Notes under the pieces: model-generated
What the model was told of the DNA's origin: nothing
Seen by the model: the letters and a program-made list of their open reading frames with translations, nothing else
Databases searched by the model: none
Position numbers and translations under genes: made by a program
Virus record (IMG/VR): IMGVR_UViG_3300046804_004556
Location: 1 to 56,823 of that record
Length of the DNA stretch: 56,823 nt
Reading direction: 5' to 3' (one strand)
Source: a virus
Lineage: Duplodnaviria > Caudoviricetes
Shown: piece by piece, positions 27,835 to 36,315 of the stretch
Numbering within the stretch: position 1 is the stretch's first letter
Layout: each line of letters begins with the position of its first letter

Positions 27835-28149
27835 CTATTGCTTTAGCAAATAATCGATGATAGTTTTTCTGAGTTCGACAATGGCTTCTGTGTTGGCTTT
27901 CACCAAAGTCGCCATTCTATCTCTCTCTTCGACAATCAGTTCCATCATTTCCTCTCTTAGCTTTTCAACCTCTTCTTCTAGCTTTTCGTTTCTGTCTAAA
28001 AGACGCTTGTACTCTTCTTCGTTCTTTTTAGCTATAGAAGTGTACGTGCTGTAGGCGAAGTAACCAAGTAAAACGGCTATGATTCCTAATATGCCGTACT
28101 GAAGGACATACGTGTTAACCTCTTTGAACGAGATCTGTAGCAGTTCCAT
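27835..28149 (-). CDS. Single-TM plus coiled-coil protein, holin-like (BhlA/UviB-type architecture)
   Basis: LQYGILG...LLGYF TM followed by a long coiled coil. Confidence 0.45.
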   Translation of the reverse strand: MELLQISFKEVNTYVLQYGILGIIAVLLGYFAYSTYTSIAKKNEEEYKRLLDRNEKLEEEVEKLREEMMELIVEERDRMATLVKANTEAIVELRKTIIDYLLKQ

Positions 28150-28155
28150 GTTAGG

Positions 28156-28368
28156 TTAGTTTTGGGTGCTGTAATAATTTATCAACAACGTTTCCCAATT
28201 TTTCGCGAGTACTGTTAGACTTTGAATGTTGGGTCTTACCTGTTTTTTCTTTATTAAAGCGGCAACCCTAGTTGTCCATGCTTGCTGGCAATTAACGTGT
28301 AAGAGCGGATGTATTCGATTTGGTATTGCTATCTCCGCTATTGTTTCTAGTTTATCTTGAAGCAGCAT
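28156..28368 (-). CDS. Hypothetical protein
   Basis: ORF track; ATATTTAT 5 nt upstream. Confidence 0.45.
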   Translation of the reverse strand: MLLQDKLETIAEIAIPNRIHPLLHVNCQQAWTTRVAALIKKKQVRPNIQSLTVLAKNWETLLINYYSTQN

Positions 28369-28411
28369 ATTTAATAAATATTGTTTTTGGTGAATTAATT
28401 TATTTGATCTA

Positions 28412-28822
28412 TTATTTTTTTTTACCTTTGCGCAAATTTATTTTTGATAAGTATGTCATGCATTTTTTATAGTCTCTCTCTTCTATATAAGTCGCCTCTT
28501 TCTCCATAGGATTATCGTCGTGATTTAGGTACTTAGACAATACGTAGTAATCTTCCATCGGGTGTTTAACGTAATGAGTGTATTCGTGTATGATCGTCTT
28601 AGTTAATTCTTCTATGGTTGGATTTAACTCTTTGTTCACATATATCAATTCATCTACTTCATCGTAATAACCTGAGCAACCCTCTTCCGTATAATCTGGT
28701 TTTCTGTATTCTACACATGGAAAGTCGCCATTATAGCGACTCTTTCCATACGTATTCATGCACCATTCCAAGATCTTATGAGCGTCGTGGTATGATGGCT
28801 TTTTATTTATGTTGTTTTCCAT
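28412..28822 (-). CDS. Zinc metallopeptidase-like protein (HExxH)
   Basis: G.Y......I.V...TIIHEYTH...NPMEKEA. Confidence 0.7.
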   Translation of the reverse strand: MENNINKKPSYHDAHKILEWCMNTYGKSRYNGDFPCVEYRKPDYTEEGCSGYYDEVDELIYVNKELNPTIEELTKTIIHEYTHYVKHPMEDYYVLSKYLNHDDNPMEKEATYIEERDYKKCMTYLSKINLRKGKKK

Positions 28823-29034
28823 TGTTTTGACTCTATTAATTTTTTAAATTTACTTGAATCGAATTCATTTATCGAAGACTGGCGGAGTTCTCCTTGTTTT
28901 TTGTACATGCATCCAACTCTGTACTTTTGACACCAAGTGTTAAATTCCTTAATGGCTTGAAGCATCGCAACCTTTTCTTTTTTCATTTTAATGGGTTTAA
29001 GTGTAAGTGATATGGTTAGATTCAGTAGCAAATA

Positions 29035-30114
29035 CTATGCTATAGTTATAGTTGTGGTGACTTTCTTTTCTATATTCGCCATCTTCGCGATCTCAACTAC
29101 GTAGTAGTCTTTAATAGATCTTGATTCGAAAAAGTCTTTTACTTTCTGCTCTGAGAATATTCCTTCTACAATATCTTTTTCACCTCCTGTTTTCCAGACT
29201 ATCATATACTTTTTCTCTTGAGACTTGTTTTCAGCAATCATCTCATCAGCAATTCTGTCTAATTCTTTATAGAGATCTTTTACCGTATCAGATATTTTAT
29301 TTTGAGGCAAAAGATCAGCGTATGCCCAATGGTAACAAGACGTTACATCTCCATCTCCTTTGTACCAGTATTTTGTTGCAAGATTATCGAGCTGATTAGA
29401 CGTTATACCGTGCGCAGCTAAAATATTGCACATACGATTGTATTGATCTTCAGGAAGAAAACGATCTATATTAATTTTTGTGTCTTCTTTCTTTTTACCT
29501 CCAGGACGGCAAACAGCCCAAAGACCATTAGGCAATTTGAACAAATAACCTTTAGGATTGTTTTTTACAAAGTGACCGTCTGGGATTCGATGGCCATTGC
29601 GATACGTAGCGTTCTTACGAAACGCGCCTGAATAATAACCTCGATTCTCTGTAGGATCAAATGAGCCGATACCATTATTCATTTCATATACGAACTTAAT
29701 AATGTCAATGTAACGCATTTCATTGTTATGCGCTTCGATGTGTTGTAGAGTTTTTTCTTTTTTTGTCATATATTCGTTTCGTTTGGTTGATATGTTTGCT
29801 ATAGGAAGTACGTCGTTATACAAATAGTTTCTAATAACAGATTTGTTTACATAATACCAATATTTGTTCTGATTGTATTCTTGTCTGAGAAAGCCTCTGC
29901 TTATCATGAAGTAACGAATCGGATCGTACTGTTGACTTGTATAGATAGTCTGGTTTTTTGGATTGCGTTCGTGACTAGATTTGAGCCAAGGAAATTTTAT
30001 AATTTCGATCTTAATATCTAGTGTAGCGCGTGTAACGATAACATCCACGTTAGAATCCAAAATTTCTTTCAATACTTGTTTTGCTTGTAATAAACTGCGA
30101 TTAGATAGTGCCAT
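29035..30114 (-). CDS. Multi-segment hypothetical protein
   Basis: 359-aa ORF; AAGTTATG start. Confidence 0.6.
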   Translation of the reverse strand: MALSNRSLLQAKQVLKEILDSNVDVIVTRATLDIKIEIIKFPWLKSSHERNPKNQTIYTSQQYDPIRYFMISRGFLRQEYNQNKYWYYVNKSVIRNYLYNDVLPIANISTKRNEYMTKKEKTLQHIEAHNNEMRYIDIIKFVYEMNNGIGSFDPTENRGYYSGAFRKNATYRNGHRIPDGHFVKNNPKGYLFKLPNGLWAVCRPGGKKKEDTKINIDRFLPEDQYNRMCNILAAHGITSNQLDNLATKYWYKGDGDVTSCYHWAYADLLPQNKISDTVKDLYKELDRIADEMIAENKSQEKKYMIVWKTGGEKDIVEGIFSEQKVKDFFESRSIKDYYVVEIAKMANIEKKVTTTITIA

Positions 30115-30175
30115 AACTTATTTGTTTTTTTTATGATAATGAAATTAATTTAGTAATAAAAAAGTTGCTTTAGTA

Positions 30176-30409
30176 TTAGCAACTTCCACAGAATTGTTCT
30201 TCTAACTTTGCATCTATAATCATTTGATGCTTAGCAAAGTCAGCGTATCTATAATTCATTTCGATATGTTTTGCTTCCCAACCCGCGGGGAACATATCAG
30301 CAAGATCTTTTTCTGTCAGATCTGGATTGAGTTCTTTTACTTTAGTAATGTACTCTTGTTTAGGTAATTCGATCAGTGTTTTCAACTGTTGTAAAATTTG
30401 TTTAGTCAT
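30176..30409 (-). CDS. Hypothetical protein, first gene after repeated promoter copy 3
   Basis: ORF track. Confidence 0.55.
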   Translation of the reverse strand: MTKQILQQLKTLIELPKQEYITKVKELNPDLTEKDLADMFPAGWEAKHIEMNYRYADFAKHQMIIDAKLEEQFCGSC

Positions 30410-30453
30410 ATTATATATTTTTTTAATGTTGATAATCTCGATTTGTATTTATG

Positions 30454-30527
30454 TAAAATTACCCCATCATATTGACATGGTAAAACTTTTTAGCAACTAT
30501 TTTCAAAAATACTTCAGGGAGAACCAA
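30454..30527 (-). promoter_or_regulatory. Repeated promoter, copy 3
   Basis: 34-bp element at 30494-30527 identical to copy 2; TAATTTTA -7 box at 30461-30454. Confidence 0.7.
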
Positions 30528-30633
30528 ACACTTACATATATAATTTATTATAATGTGTAATTGATTTAATACCAACAAGATGTACGGTATTGATTTTTAA
30601 CTAATTATGTATTTGGGAAATTGTAATGTATAA

Positions 30634-31335
30634 CTATTTGATAATGTCTATGAAATCGTCTGCGTCATCATGCGATTCATTTTGTGGCTGTTTTTTATCT
30701 ATCACATCGCCTTTATCGTCTAATCCTAAGCTTTCTAAGTGTTGCATGTAAAAATCGTCGAGCTGATAAAAGCTCTGTATCTCTTGATGAGTTTCGTCAG
30801 TGTGTGAAGTGAACGATTCAATATCACGAACCATTCTATTTGAGAAGTAGTCGAGACCGAGAAGAAATGAGCAGTTGTAGCATACCCATCTCAAATTGTC
30901 TAATCTCCAATCGGATCTAATACCATTCTTAAACGATATCATTAAAGGCATCTTCATGTCAGTTAGGCGTCTTTCAGAGAAACTACACACATCGCAGCAA
31001 TAACCTAACCTGCCATCTTTCATTAGCAGACCCTTGAGCACTGCAATTCTTCTGGGACTATTGTGTTGGTTTTCGGTTAGCATTTTGTCGAGATCACCTT
31101 TCAATTCTCCAGTGTTCCACTTTTTAGGTATGCCTCGTGAAGGTATGTTCGTGTGTAATTCCCATAGGGTTTTACCAGTAAGAACGTCGATATATCTTTT
31201 CGCGTACTTCTTATAAGTCTCTATGTCCATGTTGAGATGTCTTGCAGCTTCAGCGTTGCTACGAGTGGCAGCCATAGCTTGTCTTACATCTTCCTCTGTT
31301 AAATTGTAACCGTAATACCTAAATTCTTTTGGCAT
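30634..31335 (-). CDS. HTH plus degenerate HNH-fold protein
   Basis: SNAEAARHLNM HTH; CxxC ... NG...D.RL.NL...CYNC. Confidence 0.65.
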   Translation of the reverse strand: MPKEFRYYGYNLTEEDVRQAMAATRSNAEAARHLNMDIETYKKYAKRYIDVLTGKTLWELHTNIPSRGIPKKWNTGELKGDLDKMLTENQHNSPRRIAVLKGLLMKDGRLGYCCDVCSFSERRLTDMKMPLMISFKNGIRSDWRLDNLRWVCYNCSFLLGLDYFSNRMVRDIESFTSHTDETHQEIQSFYQLDDFYMQHLESLGLDDKGDVIDKKQPQNESHDDADDFIDIIK

Positions 31336-31336
31336 A

Positions 31337-31738
31337 TCATATTTTTGGATTTAACTTGGAAACCAAGTCCCATAATTGATGTATGTCTTTTAATTCTATT
31401 TCGTTATCGTCTTCATCAAAGACTGGGTTTATAGTTCCGTCTGGATTCACTCGATCCCATAGGTAGAAGGATATTAGTTCGGCTGCATCTTTACCAAATG
31501 CCATTATTAGCAGAGCATCTATTGCTGTATGATAAACTTCGTCATAACTTGAGTAATCAACTCCAAGATCTGTGAATGCTATGTTTGATCTAATTATTCC
31601 TGTCTCAATATTATTGATGGCAAGTGTGAAGAGCTCTTTCTTTTTATTTTGTTCGTTCTTTCTCTTTCTTCTTACCGATGATTTAATTTTTAACAAATCA
31701 TCTATTGCGGATTGAACGTTCTTGAAATCATTCGCCAT
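31337..31738 (-). CDS. Hypothetical protein
   Basis: ORF track. Confidence 0.6.
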   Translation of the reverse strand: MANDFKNVQSAIDDLLKIKSSVRRKRKNEQNKKKELFTLAINNIETGIIRSNIAFTDLGVDYSSYDEVYHTAIDALLIMAFGKDAAELISFYLWDRVNPDGTINPVFDEDDNEIELKDIHQLWDLVSKLNPKI

Positions 31739-32087
31739 CGTTTTCTTTTTTAATGTTTAACTTTTTTGTTGGCTTCTTCTGAATGTCTTCGATCATGTTT
31801 CTGAGTTTGGTACATTTTTCGTACTCTTCTGTTTCTAAATACCAGATTATGCACGTTTCTAAAGCTTGCGGCCAATCTCTTTTGTGAATTTCTATGTAAT
31901 GATCTGAGTCATTTATCTCAAATACAGATGCGATCTGTCGATTTGCTGTGTGTGCTTCAAGTATACAAATAGGCACTTGAATTTTAAGTAGATCTTTTAG
32001 AGCTTGCGATTTAGCGATCTCATCAGACGATAATTTATCTACATCTTGAAATATTGCTCTTACGTGTTTTTTCTTTGCCATAACCAC
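31728..32087 (-). CDS. Hypothetical protein with C-terminal UVR-like motif
   Basis: AL..C....LE.EEYEKC.KLR. Confidence 0.6.
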   Translation of the reverse strand: MVMAKKKHVRAIFQDVDKLSSDEIAKSQALKDLLKIQVPICILEAHTANRQIASVFEINDSDHYIEIHKRDWPQALETCIIWYLETEEYEKCTKLRNMIEDIQKKPTKKLNIKKENDGE

Positions 32088-32101
32088 TTTTTATTTTCTT
32101 A

Positions 32102-32407
32102 TTACCCTTTTAAAGCTTTCAAAAGCATTTCTGATATAGATTGAAGTGGTACTATGTAAGATATAGCATTATCGTATGGAGATCTTTCGTCGTAGTCAAT
32201 AACAATACCAGCTTCACCGAATTTTTTTTGTAAAGCAGTAGATATTTTAGAAGCTAGTGCCTGCTTTTGTCTTACGTCGTCAAATTGTTCGTCTAAAATA
32301 AAATGTAATTTTATACCTTTTTTAGTTTCGTGATTATTAACATCAAATAATAATCCAAGGTTTCTACCCTCTATTCGTACTGTTGCTTTTGGTTTTGCTG
32401 CTTGCAT
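32102..32407 (-). CDS. Hypothetical protein
   Basis: ORF track; ATATTTAT upstream. Confidence 0.6.
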   Translation of the reverse strand: MQAAKPKATVRIEGRNLGLLFDVNNHETKKGIKLHFILDEQFDDVRQKQALASKISTALQKKFGEAGIVIDYDERSPYDNAISYIVPLQSISEMLLKALKG

Positions 32408-32427
32408 GTTCCTCTTTTATATAAATA

Positions 32428-33705
32428 TTATTCGATAGATAATAAACTCATATCGAATTTAGGATTGTTAACTTTTGAAGAAGGGGTAATGTCGACAAAT
32501 TCTTTAATATATAATTTGCAATTTCCTGATTCATATTCACCGGGTTCTGCCATATTTTTTAGATGTCTAAGATTTAATAGTGTTTCTTGTCCCAAGAAAT
32601 TAAAAGCGGAGCTATCAACGTCTAATTCTATTTTAACATTATATTTTTCAGGTTCTCCTATTAAAAATATGTCTTCATAATTTATTTGATTATAGAATTT
32701 TTTAGAATTCTGCCAATCATCTTCACTGAATTTTAATAGTTGATTTGCTGGATCATTTATATTTTTTACCATGTCTAACAACTCTAATTTCATATCATCT
32801 GTTTCGATCCAAACTCTACTAAAAAAAGGCTCTGTTTGAAATGCTGCTTGTATTGATTTGTTTCGATCTCCTTTTATTACTAGATCTATATCGTATTTTT
32901 TAAGTTTCATTTCTCCATGAGAGAAATTTCCCCACTTTTTAACAAACTTTCTCAGTTCTATCTGATCAGCTATAGATTGCAATACAGTACGATCTTGTGC
33001 AAGTTTGTCTTGAGTATCAAACCAATTCTTACCTCTTGAAGAAACACAACTGAAATGGTATACGTTTGCTTTAAACGTTTGTTTTATTTTTATTCCACTA
33101 TTTATAAACCTCAGTAATAAATCTGAATCTTCTCTAGATCTTCTAAATAGAGTATCGTACCCTCCAACTTGAAGCCAAACTTTTTTATAAAATGTAAAAG
33201 GCGCAAAAAAGTATGATAATGTTTTATCTTCTTTTACTGTTTCAGAAAATACCATAAAATTTTCCCAATCGAATAAATTAGGATCAATACCAAAATCTCT
33301 AGTTATTGTTTTATCAGATTCTCCGTGGAGTGGTGGTTCTATTCTCGTAGCGCTTAATATACAATCATCTTCTAATTCAGATAACACATCTAAATCGTAA
33401 TTTTTGCTAATCACCATATCTGATTGCAAATAACTAACTATGTCGTGCTTTGCTAATTCTACTAATAAATTGTTATTTCTAGAATATCCTACACAGGGAT
33501 GTAACTTGTGTGTAATGATTTTTAAATCAGCAAAGTATTGTTTTTGATCTTTTAAATATTGTACTGTTCCTTCGTTATCTGAATCAACAAATATTAGTAT
33601 CTCGTGTTCCTTACCATATAAATTTTCTTTTAGAGATTTCAAAAGAAGTTTAACGTGATCAAGAGTGTTAACTGATGTGTTAATTATAAAACTTATATTT
33701 TTCAT
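32428..33705 (-). CDS. GT2-family glycosyltransferase
   Basis: ISFII, FVD, GY....N, YLQSDM, GG.D..F....EDSD...R, VYHF. Confidence 0.8.
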   Translation of the reverse strand: MKNISFIINTSVNTLDHVKLLLKSLKENLYGKEHEILIFVDSDNEGTVQYLKDQKQYFADLKIITHKLHPCVGYSRNNNLLVELAKHDIVSYLQSDMVISKNYDLDVLSELEDDCILSATRIEPPLHGESDKTITRDFGIDPNLFDWENFMVFSETVKEDKTLSYFFAPFTFYKKVWLQVGGYDTLFRRSREDSDLLLRFINSGIKIKQTFKANVYHFSCVSSRGKNWFDTQDKLAQDRTVLQSIADQIELRKFVKKWGNFSHGEMKLKKYDIDLVIKGDRNKSIQAAFQTEPFFSRVWIETDDMKLELLDMVKNINDPANQLLKFSEDDWQNSKKFYNQINYEDIFLIGEPEKYNVKIELDVDSSAFNFLGQETLLNLRHLKNMAEPGEYESGNCKLYIKEFVDITPSSKVNNPKFDMSLLSIE

Positions 33706-34472
33706 TTTAATTTATTATGTACTTCTTTAATACCGTATTCTATTCCTAACCATTCGATATTAGGTGACCAAATATTAGTGCCGTAGTAGTGATCTCCCAT
33801 TGAATCTTTTTGTATGATTACTTCAACTTTATATTCATCCAAACAGTTTATCATATTAGCGACCCTTTCTAATGTGTAAATAAAAGGATAGCAGCATTCT
33901 ATTTCTTTTTGAGGATTTTTATCTACTATATAGTATTCTACTAATTTAATTAGATCTTTCATATAAAAAAAACTCATGTATTTATCTTGATGTATTTCTA
34001 TAGGTTTTCTTTGTATGTAATTTTTTATATTAGCTTTTATAAATCTAGTATCTAATTCATTTTCATCGAACACCGAATATATTCTTAAATTATAAAAACC
34101 TTCTTGATTGTTTATTGATTTCGCTATTATTGATTTACTGCATCCGTATGGAGTATCTACCATTGTTTTTTCGGCGCCTGATCCAAAGTGTATTAATCTA
34201 TCAAAATGATTTTTATTTTGCAATAAATTATAATACATTTGTAGATTATCGTCCATAACAGATGTTTCGTCTGTTTTTAATCTACTACCACCTCTTACCG
34301 CACAATGTATAACAACATCAAATAATCGATGTCTAAAAAAATTATTTGTAGCTTCTGAATTTGTGAGATCAAAATCTTTTCTACTTATAATCATCACCGA
34401 ATGCTTAGCTTTCAAAGCTTGATATAGACTTTTAGCTATGTATCCATTTCCACCTGTTATTAATATATTCAC
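33702..34472 (-). CDS. Extended SDR NDP-sugar reductase/epimerase (candidate YerF-like branch ketoreductase)
   Basis: ILITGG.GYIA, IHCA, YGCSK. Confidence 0.8.
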   Translation of the reverse strand: MNILITGGNGYIAKSLYQALKAKHSVMIISRKDFDLTNSEATNNFFRHRLFDVVIHCAVRGGSRLKTDETSVMDDNLQMYYNLLQNKNHFDRLIHFGSGAEKTMVDTPYGCSKSIIAKSINNQEGFYNLRIYSVFDENELDTRFIKANIKNYIQRKPIEIHQDKYMSFFYMKDLIKLVEYYIVDKNPQKEIECCYPFIYTLERVANMINCLDEYKVEVIIQKDSMGDHYYGTNIWSPNIEWLGIEYGIKEVHNKLK

Positions 34473-35467
34473 TTTTTTAATTTTTGTGCTATTTCTAATA
34501 TTAGATCTTCTTGTCCAGCAACTAATTTTCTATTTCCTAATTCAAATATCAATGATGAATATTCGATACCATATAATTTTGAAGCTTTTATTATTGGTTT
34601 TTCAAATCCTGAGAAAAGCCTATGCAGTCCTGTTAGTATATTTACTGGGGTGGATATAGGAGCTGATGGTATTAAATAGTCCATAACCTTATCTGCTTCT
34701 ATTATCACCTTCTGAAAATCTATTCCTAATTCGTATCCGCTCTTTTCTAATACGGGTATCAGCATTTCTAAATGGGCATTTCCTGCGCCTGCTCCAAACC
34801 CTCTAATACATGCATCTATGTATTTAGCACCGTAATTTACAGCTGTCAATGAATTTGCTATTGCCAACCCAAGATTATCATGAGCGTGAAAACCTATATC
34901 GATCGTCAAACTATCTTTTAATGCAGACACTCTTTCATAAACATCTTTTGGAAGATAAGTTCCTGTGGAATCCATAATTACTACAGCTTCTGCACCATAA
35001 TCTTGCATATATTTTGCATTCTCAACAAGAGTTTTTACGTCTGCTAGTGCTGACATCATTAATACACCTATGACTGTCTTTCCTTTATTTTTTAAATATT
35101 CTATATGGGATTTAGATAATGTTCCTTCTGTACAATGCGTAGCAACTCTAAACACATCTACGCCTATATCTATTGCTCTGTTTACATCTTTTTGTATCGT
35201 CGCCAATCCAGGTATTATATGAATACCTAATTTAGATTTATTTAGATTTTCTTTAGCAACTGACAACATATCTGTATCAGAATGTGGAGATAGACCTATA
35301 AGTAAAGAAGACGCGCCTATTCCATTGCCATGTCCAACTTCAACAATTGGTATGCCAGCACTTTCTGCAAATTGACAGTATCTTTTAATCTGATCTAAAT
35401 TTAATGTGTGTTTCACTGCATGATTACCGTCTCTTAGAGAAGAATCTGTTATTACAATATTATTCAT
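34469..35467 (-). CDS. dmpG: 4-hydroxy-2-oxovalerate aldolase (DmpG/MhpE family)
   Basis: D.SLRDG.H, EVGHGNG.GASS, RVATHCTE, H.H.NLGLA.ANS, G.GAGAGNA, VAGQED. Confidence 0.9.
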   Translation of the reverse strand: MNNIVITDSSLRDGNHAVKHTLNLDQIKRYCQFAESAGIPIVEVGHGNGIGASSLLIGLSPHSDTDMLSVAKENLNKSKLGIHIIPGLATIQKDVNRAIDIGVDVFRVATHCTEGTLSKSHIEYLKNKGKTVIGVLMMSALADVKTLVENAKYMQDYGAEAVVIMDSTGTYLPKDVYERVSALKDSLTIDIGFHAHDNLGLAIANSLTAVNYGAKYIDACIRGFGAGAGNAHLEMLIPVLEKSGYELGIDFQKVIIEADKVMDYLIPSAPISTPVNILTGLHRLFSGFEKPIIKASKLYGIEYSSLIFELGNRKLVAGQEDLILEIAQKLKK

Positions 35468-36315
35468 GATATTAATTTTTTAGTTATTTCAATAGCAGCG
35501 CAATTAATAATATCAAGATTGCCTGCATATTCTGGTAAATAATCTCCCGTACCTTTTACTTTTATACTCAATACCAATACATCATCATTTATGACTGGAG
35601 GTAAAACTAATTCGTAATAAGGTATATAATTTTTTAATTCTTTAATTTTTCTGTATATGTCTTCTACTAATGGACCGAAGTCAATACTTTTAAACTTTAA
35701 GAACATTGTAGTTTGCATGTCTACACATGGTTCCGCTGGATTAAGATTGAGTATCACTTTGCAATTTTCACATTTTGTGAATTTTCTTATAGCCATTTCT
35801 GTTGTATGAACATAACTATCGATGTTTATCCTTGTAGCCATTCCTGCGCTCTTAGATGCGATTTGAGAAACTACCTCAATATATTCTAAACTATCGCAAT
35901 ATTTTGATATAAGATTTAACATGGGCATTGATGCTTGTCCTCCGCATGTAATCATATTCACATTATCGTTTTCAACAATCATTTCTGGATTTATGCTTGG
36001 TACACATAGTGGACCAACTTTTGCGGGAGTAAGATCAATTACTTTTATTCCTTGTTCTTTAAAAATAATTGCATGCTGCTTTGCGTCTTCTGCACTAGTA
36101 CAATCATATACTACATCACAGCATTTTGGATTGTCTAAGAAATATTTTATGCCTTGATCTGTTACGTTGACTCCTTTGGATTGAGCGATTCTAATTCCAT
36201 CTGAATCTAATCTTCTACCTGCAAAAATAACAGGCTTTATAAAATCTGTTTTTAGAATCTTAAGTAATAGATCTGTTCCAATATTACCAGTTCCTATAAT
36301 TCCTGCTTTTATCAT
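35464..36315 (-). CDS. dmpF: Acylating acetaldehyde dehydrogenase (DmpF/MhpF family)
   Basis: IIG.GNIGTDL, IDLTPA, NVNM.TCGGQA (catalytic Cys), GDYLP.YAGNLDI. Confidence 0.9.
   Translation of the reverse strand: MIKAGIIGTGNIGTDLLLKILKTDFIKPVIFAGRRLDSDGIRIAQSKGVNVTDQGIKYFLDNPKCCDVVYDCTSAEDAKQHAIIFKEQGIKVIDLTPAKVGPLCVPSINPEMIVENDNVNMITCGGQASMPMLNLISKYCDSLEYIEVVSQIASKSAGMATRINIDSYVHTTEMAIRKFTKCENCKVILNLNPAEPCVDMQTTMFLKFKSIDFGPLVEDIYRKIKELKNYIPYYELVLPPVINDDVLVLSIKVKGTGDYLPEYAGNLDIINCAAIEITKKLIS

Noticed and set aside
23691-30527. 34-bp repeats as a CRISPR array or att sites
   Set aside because: Copies are kilobases apart with genes between; no cas operon (the Cas4-like nuclease is stand-alone) and no integrase in the window.
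34469-36315. dmpFG as aromatic-degradation auxiliary metabolic genes
   Set aside because: No dioxygenase, hydrolase or hydratase of meta-cleavage in the window; both genes are translationally coupled to sugar-nucleotide enzymes.
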